The notes under the pieces were generated by a model that was given only the letters and a program-made list of their open reading frames with translations, did not search any database and was not told the origin of the DNA. Position numbers and translations under genes: made by a program. A stretch of DNA of 63,959 bases, filler included. It is 6 parts of 6 records of this genome, joined end to end, with 100 filler letters (N's around TTAATTAATTAA, not from the genome) between each part and the next. Parts side by side here need not be neighbours in the genome. Positions count along the whole stretch, not along the records: positions 1 to 14,528 come from SRR31156797_13163; 5 more parts are not named here. One strand, 5' to 3'. Shown one piece after another: positions 1 through 9,340 of this stretch. Position 1 is the first letter of the stretch, and each line of letters opens with the position of its first letter.

Positions 1-63
1 TTCTTTGGCCCCCGGAGGGCCGCCGGAGGCGAAATCAATTCATCCCAAAACGCAGCGCATCAC

Positions 64-867
64 CTAAATAAAAACTTCAGGTTCGCGGCGTGCGCTGAAA
101 TTATCAGCCAGCCACTGGGACACTTCCAAAAGCTTAGGCACTTCCAGCTTGCGGGCCTCAAAGGCACAGACCTTAACGCAGGCACAGCAAAAAATACACT
201 TGTCCGGGTCGGTTTCCACCAATGAACCAACTGAGATAGCCGCTGTGGGACAAACCCTTTCGCAGGAACCGCAAAGCTGACAGTCATCGTTGGAAATAGG
301 AGAAGCGGAAGCCTTGGGGGAACGGTCCTTGTAGGGACGATTGCCGGGAACCTCTACACTTGCAGCGGCCAGAGAGCCGTCAGCAAGCTTAGCAGCGAGA
401 GATTTACCGAACTCACGGGCCTTGCCCAGATCATCTTCATCAGGACGACTGACCGCAATTGGGGTCTTATCGGTAGAAAAGGAATGCTCACCGATAAATG
501 CAGCTCCGGCAGCAGGCTTGAAACCGGCTTCAGTGGCAAGGTCGACAAGCTCAATGAGCGCATCTTCGTAAGCACGGTTACCATAAACAACCACGGGAAC
601 AACAGGACTGCCACAGGACTTCAATGCCTTGAAACGCTCCACGGCAGTAAGCGGAATGCGTCCGCTGTAGACCGGAGCACCGATTATCACCAGATCATCA
701 TCAGCACAGTCGCAGGACTCAGGCACATTGTCAGTGCGGGTCATATCAATCACTTCCGACTGCTGCGCGCCGACACCTTCGGCAATGGCATCAAGAATAC
801 GGCGGGTGGTCCGGGTGGGGGAAAAACAAATCATTTTTAATTTCTTGCTGGACATAAAAAACTCCAT
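64..867 (-). CDS. Flavodoxin-fold / 2x[4Fe-4S] ferredoxin protein (EFR1-like)
   Basis: N-terminal flavodoxin-like FSPTRTT and PVYSGRIP, YGNRAYEDAL; C-terminal CQLCGSCERVCP and CIFCCACVKVC cluster motifs; start may be at the second Met (MSSKK). Confidence 0.85.
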   Translation of the reverse strand: MEFFMSSKKLKMICFSPTRTTRRILDAIAEGVGAQQSEVIDMTRTDNVPESCDCADDDLVIIGAPVYSGRIPLTAVERFKALKSCGSPVVPVVVYGNRAYEDALIELVDLATEAGFKPAAGAAFIGEHSFSTDKTPIAVSRPDEDDLGKAREFGKSLAAKLADGSLAAASVEVPGNRPYKDRSPKASASPISNDDCQLCGSCERVCPTAAISVGSLVETDPDKCIFCCACVKVCAFEARKLEVPKLLEVSQWLADNFSARREPEVFI

Positions 868-1042
868 ATCAAATTACTAAGTAAGACATCCGCCAAATGA
901 CTTTACTTTCAAAAAGTTTAAGTACAGGTGCAAGGGGGATGTTGTAAACAGTTTTGATATTGTGTGTATCAATTCATCAGGTTTTTTTCAGCATAATAAA
1001 AAGGTTATGGCTTACTGGAACCTTTTGTGCGATATAAAAACA

Positions 1043-2896
1043 ATGAGCGGGAATAAAGACATATCGAATATAAGCGCAGCCATCCTAGCTGGTGGCGAAG
1101 GACGCCGCATGGGCAGAAAAGACAAATCCTGCCTTGAAATTTCCGGCGAAAAACTGGTCAGCAGGATCATCCGCAGTATTGAAGGACTTTTTGCGGAAAC
1201 ATTTGTCATCACCCGCACCCCGGAAAACCATCCAGACCTTGATGTGCGACTGGTGGGCGACCTTTTTGAATCACGCAGCTCCCTGACCGGGATCCACTCC
1301 GCCCTCTACCATGCGCAGACCGATCACGTGTTCATCACCGCCTGTGATTCCCCGTTCCTGAACCGCGAACTTATCAACGAACTTATCAGCCGGGTCGACC
1401 CGGAAGACGATGTGGTCATACCCATCCACCCGGACGGATTTTACGAACCGCTCTGCGCTGTTTATTCAAAACGCTGCCTGCCCTTCATCGAAGAGAATCT
1501 GAAAAAAAATATTTTCCAGATCATCCGTTTTTTTCCAGAGGTGAAGGTCAAAACCGTGGACACGGTTTTGCTGGCAAGAAAGGATCAGGAACTGACGACT
1601 TTCATCAATATAAATACGCCTGACGAATTGAGCCGAATACGCAAAGACCTGAATGCCCCTGATGACAAGCCGGGAAACGAACAAGACACTTTTCCGTACT
1701 CCATCCCGCGCAGTGCAGCCCTGAAACTCATCCGCAAGACAATTGCCCTGCCTAAAAGTGAATATATCCCGGTAACGGATTGTTCCGGGCTGGTGGCTGC
1801 GGAGACCTTGAAATCGGGGATATCCCTGCCGGAACATGACCGCTCGGCTATGGACGGATTTGCCATGCCCAGCGCATGCACATCTACTGCTTCGCAGGAC
1901 AGTCCGGTTGAACTCGACTTTTCCGGGGAAGTACGTCCTTCCTGTCCGGTACCGGACAAATACAACGGACAGGCTGTGCGTGTGCTAACCGGAGGCATTG
2001 TTCCCGAAGGCACGGATGCGGTCATACCTTTTGAAAAAGTTCAGGTTGGAGAATGCTCCATCAGCATCAGCTCTCCTGTCCGTAAGGGAGATTTCATTCG
2101 CCGGACCGGTTCAGATATTTTAAAAGGCGAGACCATCGCTAATTCAGGCACTGCTATTTCGCCCTGTGAAGCTGCACTGCTGGCTTATGCCGGCATCCGC
2201 TCTGTTCATGTCTATCCACAGCCCAAAGTGGCTGTGCTGGCCGTTGGCAATGAACTCTGCGATCCGGCAGAGAAAACCCAGTGCGGCCTGATCCCGGCGG
2301 ACAACCTCATTCTCATGAAATCCCTGTGCAGCCGTTATGGGGTACGCGATATCCGCATTGCACCCTGTGCCAATTCCCCGGAAGCAATATCCGAGGCAGT
2401 GCAGGCCAACAGCGATTGCGGACTGATCGTCACCACCGGGGGAACAGGTCCCGGTAACCGCGACTTTGTATTCAATTCTATCCGGCAGGCCGGGGGAAAG
2501 CCCATCTTCAAAGGACTGGCCATGCATCCGGCAAAATCCGTCTTTGCATGCAAGCTGGACAATTCCATCGTTATCGGACTGCCCGGACCGCCCAATGCTG
2601 TGAATCTGGCCTTTCACACCATCATCAATCCGGTCATCAATATGTTGCAGGCCAAAGCGGTTACTTCCGCCACTACCCCGGCAATTCTTACCGAATCCCT
2701 GAAAGGTGGACGGGACCGGGAAAAGCTGCGCCCCTGCCGTATTTCTGAAAAGAACGGTACAATTTTCGCCGACCCGCTGCTTGATAAATCCCTTTCACCG
2801 CGCAAGGTTATGAGCCTGAGCAATGGCATAATCATCCTTCCCGCAGATTGCGGTGAACTTCCCACCCATAATATTGTTCAAGTGATCCGCTTCTAA
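1043..2896 (+). CDS. Molybdenum cofactor guanylyltransferase (MobA) fused to molybdopterin molybdotransferase (MoeA)-like domain
   Basis: ILAGGEGRRMG, ACDSPF, EPLCAVY and NINTPDEL (MobA); SAMDGFA, LTGGIVPEGTDAVI, GNEL, TTGG and GLPG (MoeA). ATG at 1043 chosen over the ORF-track start at 962. Confidence 0.85.
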   Translation: MSGNKDISNISAAILAGGEGRRMGRKDKSCLEISGEKLVSRIIRSIEGLFAETFVITRTPENHPDLDVRLVGDLFESRSSLTGIHSALYHAQTDHVFITACDSPFLNRELINELISRVDPEDDVVIPIHPDGFYEPLCAVYSKRCLPFIEENLKKNIFQIIRFFPEVKVKTVDTVLLARKDQELTTFININTPDELSRIRKDLNAPDDKPGNEQDTFPYSIPRSAALKLIRKTIALPKSEYIPVTDCSGLVAAETLKSGISLPEHDRSAMDGFAMPSACTSTASQDSPVELDFSGEVRPSCPVPDKYNGQAVRVLTGGIVPEGTDAVIPFEKVQVGECSISISSPVRKGDFIRRTGSDILKGETIANSGTAISPCEAALLAYAGIRSVHVYPQPKVAVLAVGNELCDPAEKTQCGLIPADNLILMKSLCSRYGVRDIRIAPCANSPEAISEAVQANSDCGLIVTTGGTGPGNRDFVFNSIRQAGGKPIFKGLAMHPAKSVFACKLDNSIVIGLPGPPNAVNLAFHTIINPVINMLQAKAVTSATTPAILTESLKGGRDREKLRPCRISEKNGTIFADPLLDKSLSPRKVMSLSNGIIILPADCGELPTHNIVQVIRF

Positions 2897-2907
2897 ATTA
2901 TTATTTC

Positions 2908-2924
2908 AGGCATTATTACTGCAT
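2908..2924 (+). promoter_or_regulatory. Possible sigma-54 (-24/-12) promoter
   Basis: AGGCATTATTACTGCAT: GG and GC separated by exactly 10 nt, about 50 nt upstream of ATG 2972. Confidence 0.4.
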
Positions 2925-2971
2925 AAATTCGGCTCAGGAAAAACTTGCCCCAAAAATCCATGGAGCCGATC

Positions 2972-3559
2972 ATGATCAATGCCATCCAATCCGCATACGA
3001 AACCCAATCAGTTAACGAAATTCAGCAGCCCCGCGCCGGAGTTAAAAGCACTCAACAGGAGCAATCCGGGGACAAAATCACAATCTCTGATTCCGCCAAA
3101 ACACTTGCTTCAATAGGCAGTTTTTTCTCGGATATGAATATCCCGTACACACCGGGCCAATCCATCTCCCTTGATGATCTTAAAGCAGGTCTTGAAACAA
3201 GCTCCCAAAAATTTCAGGATGATGTGAATGTGTTGTTTATAAAGAACGACATCAGTACTGATCCCCCGGTGGAACTGACAACTGACCGTTCCGGAAACGT
3301 GCGGGTACAAGGCGACCATCCACAAAAAGAAAAGATCGAGCAACTCTTTCAGGACAACCCTGACCTTGCCAATGATTTCCGCGGAATAAGCGGGCTGAAC
3401 AGTCTGGTCGAAGCAGGCGAGGAATACCTTGAATTTGCCAAGGCCTACGAAAAGAATCCTCATAAGGCCGTGGCTAAGTACAGTCACATTTTCAGCGGCA
3501 TGAACGTTGAAGAATTCAGCATGCTCATTGGCGGAGAGGATTCTGTCACAGAAACTTAA
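2972..3559 (+). CDS. Hypothetical protein
   Basis: Open frame with GGAG RBS before ATG 2972; no recognisable catalytic motif; N-terminal DKITISDSA segment. Confidence 0.7.
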   Translation: MINAIQSAYETQSVNEIQQPRAGVKSTQQEQSGDKITISDSAKTLASIGSFFSDMNIPYTPGQSISLDDLKAGLETSSQKFQDDVNVLFIKNDISTDPPVELTTDRSGNVRVQGDHPQKEKIEQLFQDNPDLANDFRGISGLNSLVEAGEEYLEFAKAYEKNPHKAVAKYSHIFSGMNVEEFSMLIGGEDSVTET

Positions 3560-3681
3560 CCCAAACGGAATAAATATCTCTTCCACAACTCCTCATGATG
3601 TTGTACCTTGAAATCATGAGAAAAAACCAAGCAGGGCAGCCTGCATACTCACAAGAGCATCACGAATGCATTGTTCATAAT

Positions 3682-3715
3682 AAGGCGGCCTGACTCGGGC
3701 CGCCTTTTCTCTTTT
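3682..3715 (+). terminator. GC-rich hairpin plus pyrimidine tract upstream of the PhoH-family gene
   Basis: AAGGCGGCC...GGCCGCCTT followed by TTCTCTTTT. Confidence 0.6.
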
Positions 3716-3740
3716 GGACCACTGTAAAAGAGGAGGCTTT

Positions 3741-4931
3741 ATGGGACAGAAGAATTTCGTATTGGACACCAACGTACTTATTGAAAACCCCAAATGCATC
3801 ACCGCTCTGCGCAACGGAGCGGAAAACAAAGTTCACCTCCCCTACACAGTCATTACCGAATTGGACAAGCTCAAGCGCGACCCACGTATCGGACACATTG
3901 TCTCGCAGGCAGTACGTTCAATCCTCCGGGATGACAAAATCAGCATCCTCTCACCTGAGTTTGCCGAAAAACTCGGAGATCTCAGCCCGGATAACTGCAT
4001 TCTCAAGGAAACCCTCAACGCACCCATTGAAAATCCTATTCTGGTCACCAATGACCGCATCCTGCAGATCAAAGCCGGAATTCACAATCTAACATGGGAA
4101 GAATACAAGGACTCAGACCCCTTCCGTTCTGATTCACAAATGTATACCGGATTTGTGGACGAAGAGGAGACTCCTTATGTGAATAGCTTTCGCTGGGAAA
4201 ACGGAGCGCCGGTCTTTTATGGCAGTAAGGAAAACAAGACCATTTCCTATACCCACGAAGTCTGGGGCGTGAAACCGCGTAATGTTTACCAGAACCTCGC
4301 CCTTGAACTGATGCTTAACAATGAAATCAACCTTGTTTCCATCCAGTCCGAAGCCGGATACGGAAAGACCTTTCTGGCACTGGCGTCCGCCCTCTACCTT
4401 GCCTTGGAAAAAAAGGACAACCCTTTTGAAAAGGTCTATCTGGTCAAACCCATCTGGGAAATCGGGGCCAAAATGGGATTCCTGCCCGGAACAGTGGAAG
4501 AAAAGATGCAGCCGTATGTGCGCTATGTACGCGACCTGACCGTGAAGCTACACGAACAGCGTCCGGCCAACCGCATATTCATGGATACGGATTCCGACAA
4601 ATTCCGTTTCAACCAGAAAAAATTCGAAATCCTGCCCATTGCTTATATCCGAGGCATGAACCTCGAACACTGCGTGGTCATCATTGATGAGATGCAGAAT
4701 ATGGCCCGCTCCGAGGTACGCTCACTCCTGACCCGCATGGGAGAAGGGGTGAAATGCATCTGCCTCGGCGATACCCGGCAGGTGGATAACCCTTATCTCA
4801 ACGAAAGCAACAACGGCCTCAACTGGGTGGTCAAGAAACTGCGCAACAACAAGGAATACGCACACATGGTCCTCAAGGGAGAACGCTCACGCGGTCCTAT
4901 TACGGACATGGTTTTGAAGACAGGATTATAA
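3741..4931 (+). CDS. PIN-domain PhoH-family ATPase (PhoH2/YlaK-like)
   Basis: VLDTNVL PIN motif, LVTNDRIL, Walker A SEAGYGKT, YIRG, IIDEMQN, GDTRQVD; AGGAGG RBS before ATG 3741. Confidence 0.9.
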   Translation: MGQKNFVLDTNVLIENPKCITALRNGAENKVHLPYTVITELDKLKRDPRIGHIVSQAVRSILRDDKISILSPEFAEKLGDLSPDNCILKETLNAPIENPILVTNDRILQIKAGIHNLTWEEYKDSDPFRSDSQMYTGFVDEEETPYVNSFRWENGAPVFYGSKENKTISYTHEVWGVKPRNVYQNLALELMLNNEINLVSIQSEAGYGKTFLALASALYLALEKKDNPFEKVYLVKPIWEIGAKMGFLPGTVEEKMQPYVRYVRDLTVKLHEQRPANRIFMDTDSDKFRFNQKKFEILPIAYIRGMNLEHCVVIIDEMQNMARSEVRSLLTRMGEGVKCICLGDTRQVDNPYLNESNNGLNWVVKKLRNNKEYAHMVLKGERSRGPITDMVLKTGL

Positions 4932-5019
4932 GTTGATGCGTTAAACGCATTTGGCGGATGATTTCGCCTCCAGCGCCCAAAGCGAATAATCCCCTTTGAA
5001 ATCCCTAATTGGAAAGCAT

Positions 5020-5052
5020 AAAAAAACGGCAGTCCTTGCGGACTGCCGTTTT
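5020..5052. terminator. Bidirectional rho-independent terminator
   Basis: AAAACGGCAGTCC-TTGC-GGACTGCCGTTTT between convergent genes. Confidence 0.85.
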
Positions 5053-5074
5053 GAATTCTTTTTGGAAATTTTAA

Positions 5075-5767
5075 TTACTTTTGGAAGATCCTCAGGAGGA
5101 GTTCGTCGAGGTCTTCGCCGTTGTCGATGGCTTCGGATATTTCGCTTTCCAGAACCTGCGCTCCTTCACGCACTTCGGAAACCATGCAATCCATGTTCAG
5201 CGCCACTTCCTCGGCAGGGATGCCGTAACGGAAGCAAAGATAATAAAGTGCCCGTCGGGCCAGCACAGCATGCTCATTGGCCTGCAACATCAAATCACGG
5301 AATGAAACTGCAAAAGCTTCAAGCACAGCATCGAGGATGGAATCAAAGGTCTGCGCTTCAAGTTCAGGCATGACTTCAGTGGCTTCAGCCTCAAAATCAG
5401 CCTCAACGAAATCCACAGGACTTACACTGCGCACAATCCCGGTCAGTCTATTGATACTGGCCAGAATTTCCTCAGCTGCATAATAGGCAGTCACATCGGA
5501 AATAAACTCCCGAGGAGTGTCCGCCCTACCGCTTTCCAAATCAATGGTTACCCCGACCTCGGTCTCAAGAACTTCCTGAGCTGCATCCTGAATACGATCC
5601 AGCAGATGTTCCTGAACCCAGTTCATAACGAACTCGTTAGGTGCGGTTAACTGGACAACGCCATCAGCATAACGAGCTGACAGCGGCTCCACCCAAACCC
5701 TGACCAAAACAGGATTAATGCGCACAAGAAGCTTCTTTTTTATGGAGCTCCATACATTGGAATTCAT
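5075..5767 (-). CDS. DnaA-like protein with domain I and a degenerate domain IV but no AAA+ domain
   Basis: N-terminus (W..WVEPL...LTAPNEFVMNWVQEHL) aligns by eye with domain I of the adjacent DnaA (WIKPL...LYAPNDFVAAWVRDRL); C-terminus FDSILDAV...VLARRALYYL resembles its domain IV (YDSIVDHI...VLARNTAFFL); no Walker A/B; GAGG RBS before ATG 5767. Confidence 0.75.
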   Translation of the reverse strand: MNSNVWSSIKKKLLVRINPVLVRVWVEPLSARYADGVVQLTAPNEFVMNWVQEHLLDRIQDAAQEVLETEVGVTIDLESGRADTPREFISDVTAYYAAEEILASINRLTGIVRSVSPVDFVEADFEAEATEVMPELEAQTFDSILDAVLEAFAVSFRDLMLQANEHAVLARRALYYLCFRYGIPAEEVALNMDCMVSEVREGAQVLESEISEAIDNGEDLDELLLRIFQK

Positions 5768-5973
5768 TTCCCACCTCTGCAATTTAGGCCCATAAAAAGG
5801 ACCATCCAAAGACATCTTCAAACCGGTTGCAATGAATATCCCCAAACCCGAAAAAGAGCAAACAGCTTTATGCTGTCACTCTTTTTCGGAAATCAAAAAC
5901 GCTAAAAAACAAAAACAACAGAAAAAACTTCCCAAAGGGAATCATAAAAAATCTGTTGTCCGAAAGACCAAAC

Positions 5974-7335
5974 TTAGGGTGTAAGGCGGTCTATTGTATC
6001 CTGCAACTGCCTTCCAAGAGGAGTTTGCAGGGAAATTTCACGTTCGATATTGGTGATACCTTTGATTACGGTAGAATGTCTGCGGCCCAGTCTGGTTCCG
6101 ATATCCTTGAGGGAAAGTTCGGTATGCTTACGGGCGAGGAAGAAAGCGGTGTTTCTGGCCAGAACAATCTGGCGTTTACGGCTTTTCGAACGCAACTGAT
6201 CAGATGTAAGTTCGTAAGAACGGCAGATATGATCCACGATGGAATCATAGCTGGGCGCGGCTTTGGCAATGGAATAGTTTTCCAGCACCTGCCAGGCCAG
6301 TTCCTGCGAAACATCACGGTTGAGCAGTCTTGCCTTGAGCACAAGGTTCTGCAAGCAGCTTTCCAGCTGTCTTACGTCTGTGGTAATACGGTCCGCCAGA
6401 AGTTCAGAAATTGAATTCGGAACCTGCGTTCCCAGTCGTATGGCCTTGCTTTCAACGATTCTCTTTCTGGTCTCAAAATCAGGAGTGGAAATAAGTGCCA
6501 GCAATCCCGAACTGAAACGGGAAACCAACTGCTGGTCTACCTTTTCCAGTTCGCGGGGCAGGAAGGAACTGGTCATAACCACCTTGGAGCCACGCAACTG
6601 CAGACTCTTCAGGGTTTCCAGAATTTCATCCTGCATTTTCTGCTTGCCCTGAAAGAAATGAATATCTTCCAGAAGCAGACAATCCACATTATCCCTGAAT
6701 TCGGATTTGAAGCGGGAAATTTCACCGGCTTTAAGAGCCAGAACCATTCTGTTTGCAAACTCTTCCGCAGTAAGACAGGCAATGGATATATGCTTCTTAT
6801 TACTGGAAGCACAAAGATTCTTGCCTATTGAATGCAGCAGATGAGTCTTTCCGAGACCGGGAGCGGAGCTCATGAAGAGCTGATCACCAGGCAAGGAGTT
6901 ATCACAGAGACTTCTGGACGCGGCGCAGGCAAGTCTGTTGGACTCGCCGATTACGAAATCGTCAAAGGAAAAACGCCAACGGGGAACACGAGTATTAACC
7001 ACCGCGGAAGACATCATGGGAAGGCCCATGCTTGTCTGTACTGGACGAGGAGCCGCCGGTCTGGGTTTATTAACCTTGACCGCGGGCTTTACTACGGACT
7101 TCCTAACCCCAATCTCCACCTTGGGGCTGGTGCCGAGAACTTGCTCGCCAGCTTCTTTGATGTTGTCCATGAGACGGTCCCTAACCCAGGCTGCCACAAA
7201 GTCGTTAGGAGCATACAATTTAATTGTATTGCTGCTTACCTCGGCTTTGAGGGGCTTAATCCATACTTTGTACAGACCGGGGTTCAGTCCCTTCTCAAGA
7301 AATTTTAGAATTTTATTCCAGCTGTCTCTCATCAT
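5974..7335 (-). CDS. dnaA: Chromosomal replication initiator DnaA (divergent, probably a secondary paralog)
   Basis: FSFDDFVIGESN, PGLGKTHLL, LLLEDIHFF, SRF Arg finger, DVRQLE sensor II and domain IV HTH; not next to dnaN. Confidence 0.9.
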   Translation of the reverse strand: MMRDSWNKILKFLEKGLNPGLYKVWIKPLKAEVSSNTIKLYAPNDFVAAWVRDRLMDNIKEAGEQVLGTSPKVEIGVRKSVVKPAVKVNKPRPAAPRPVQTSMGLPMMSSAVVNTRVPRWRFSFDDFVIGESNRLACAASRSLCDNSLPGDQLFMSSAPGLGKTHLLHSIGKNLCASSNKKHISIACLTAEEFANRMVLALKAGEISRFKSEFRDNVDCLLLEDIHFFQGKQKMQDEILETLKSLQLRGSKVVMTSSFLPRELEKVDQQLVSRFSSGLLALISTPDFETRKRIVESKAIRLGTQVPNSISELLADRITTDVRQLESCLQNLVLKARLLNRDVSQELAWQVLENYSIAKAAPSYDSIVDHICRSYELTSDQLRSKSRKRQIVLARNTAFFLARKHTELSLKDIGTRLGRRHSTVIKGITNIEREISLQTPLGRQLQDTIDRLTP

Positions 7336-7533
7336 GAGGGGTTAACTAATTCAAAGAGAGTGTAACCATCAACTCGCAATAAGGCGGTAGACCACCAATG
7401 ACCGCAGGATGGTTTTCTACAACCTAACCTATCGCTTTTACAGCATTTTCTTCTAAAGCTAGCAATTCGGTCAGTAAGCTCAAAAAACCGTTAAGGGCCG
7501 GAAATACAAGCTTGAACCACTTTTTCATTTACT

Positions 7534-7564
7534 TTTTCCACACCTGTGGAAAACTTTTTCCACA
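7534..7564. promoter_or_regulatory. Cluster of three DnaA boxes
   Basis: TTTTCCACA (7534-7542), TGTGGAAAA (7545-7553) and TTTTCCACA (7556-7564) all match TTWTNCACA; they sit in an AT-rich intergenic region of about 1 kb upstream of dnaA. Confidence 0.8.
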
Positions 7565-8198
7565 GAGAAATTTCAATAAAACTCCATATTACGCAAAATT
7601 TCGTCTTTTCCCTCATTGTTACATTTCTTCTTACTCATTATTTTAAATACGAATTTCTCCATATTTCAACAAAAAAAACCACGTAACTACCTTATTTAAT
7701 GCAGATTATTACAAATAACTCAAAAAACATCAAGTGTTTATAAATTTAACCTCAAAGACTACTCCTCCATTAACCCAGTAAACTAAAGGGTTCTGAGACA
7801 TACCGTTTTAGAACAAAAGCTAACACACTAAAATAAATGATCTTTTATTTTCTTGACACTAGAGAATCCTTACAAACAAAGGGTTCTCCTGTATACCAGT
7901 TACTGACAGGCACGTATGAAAAGATGCAATAGTTGATCAAATAATCAATCTGACAAACCTCAATAAGTCTTTCATAACAAAGTTACTGAGAATATAAGTA
8001 TCTATGCGGCATCAGCTGTAGTATGTCGTGAAAAAAGGAACTAAGTTTATACGCCACAATAGCTCTGCCCTGCTTATTTTCGGTGCTTTAAAATCTACCC
8101 AAAGCCATTTAACCTACTTCAAAAACCATTTTCAGCAAATTTCCCTGCCAAATTCCCGGTTTCAGCCAATTTTGCCCGATTTCAGACAAATTCAGGAT

Positions 8199-8231
8199 AA
8201 AAAAAAGCCCGTCCAAAACAAATGGACGGGC
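8199..8231 (-). terminator. Rho-independent terminator of thyX
   Basis: GCCCGTCCA/TGGACGGGC stem preceded by an A-run (U-tract on the minus strand). Confidence 0.75.
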
Positions 8232-8313
8232 ATATAAGAAAAATCACTAAATATAAACTTAGAAAACTAAGCTAAGCAAGGCTCCGTGGGGACATATTAT
8301 ATAATGTAGGGAA

Positions 8314-9057
8314 TCACTCACCCTTGGTTAGCTGCTTGAGAGTCGGGTAACGTCCACAGGCAAACCTGTCCGCTTCAGGACAGTATCCCAGCTGTTCGCA
8401 GCTGGCTCCGCCATGTTCAAAAATAGCCGGAAATTCATCCTTACAGATTTTAAGCATCTTATCAGCCATCTTGCGAACTTCCCACTGGGCCCGCTGGCAG
8501 CAGCGCAGATTGAAGAAATGCATCAGGGAACGGCAATTCATGGTAATGACAATCTTGGTTTCCGCAGCCTGAGGCAAAACAAAACGGGCATCTTCGTTAG
8601 CCTTGGCTTCGCGTCCGGCATCCACCAGAATTTCACGCAAATCTTTGTAAGCACTGCCTACTTCTTCCATAAACTTTTCAAAACGCTCACGGGCTTCAGG
8701 AATCTTTGCGATTGCCGGAGGGATGATATAATCCATGTCATTCTCAGTTACATAGCGCTGGCTCTGCTGAGAATAGGAAGCAATGCGATGACGCACTATC
8801 TGATGCGAACAGGCCCGGGAGATCCCCTCAATAGCAAAGGTAAAGCTGACATGCTCAATAGGGCTGTCATGGCCGGATTCAAGAATCTTGGAAACAAACG
8901 TAGCCTGCTTTTCCTTCTCAATTTCACCATTCAGGAGCCGGGGCCACATGTCGGCCACAAACCCGGCGTGATAACATTGCCGAAAAGAAGCATAAAGCAG
9001 CTCTAAGGCATTAGGGGTCATGGACAACAGTTCCACTCGTAAATCTTTCTCAGGCAT
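8314..9057 (-). CDS. thyX: FAD-dependent thymidylate synthase
   Basis: GHDSPIEH, ThyX motif RHRIASYSQQSQRY, EDARFVLP, AQWEVR. Confidence 0.97.
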   Translation of the reverse strand: MPEKDLRVELLSMTPNALELLYASFRQCYHAGFVADMWPRLLNGEIEKEKQATFVSKILESGHDSPIEHVSFTFAIEGISRACSHQIVRHRIASYSQQSQRYVTENDMDYIIPPAIAKIPEARERFEKFMEEVGSAYKDLREILVDAGREAKANEDARFVLPQAAETKIVITMNCRSLMHFFNLRCCQRAQWEVRKMADKMLKICKDEFPAIFEHGGASCEQLGYCPEADRFACGRYPTLKQLTKGE

Positions 9058-9340
9058 ATGCGCTCCTTAAATTTATGCCCCCTTCATAAAGTAATTCATA
9101 CCGGGGCGCAACTTGATATAAGGAGTGGGTTTGAAAAGCAAGCCTTAGGCCCCAGCAGAAAAATATTCGCTTGAATGTCACCTGAAAGCCCATCTTTTCT
9201 CTTGCCAGCCGTCCTAATATACCCTAACTAACGTCTCCTTATCTCTACTTTAACCAGCCGCTGAGAATTTTGCCCCGTTTAGTACTGCATCCCCCGTGCA
9301 GGGGACTTTCTTTGGCAAATCTCCGGCGCCGGAGGAATCC

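Noticed and set aside
2965-2972. Sigma-28 -10 element GCCGATCA
   Set aside because: No matching -35 at the right spacing, and it overlaps the RBS/start codon.
8028-8237. 69-aa ORF between dnaA and thyX
   Set aside because: No RBS or motif, and it runs through the thyX terminator; likely spurious.
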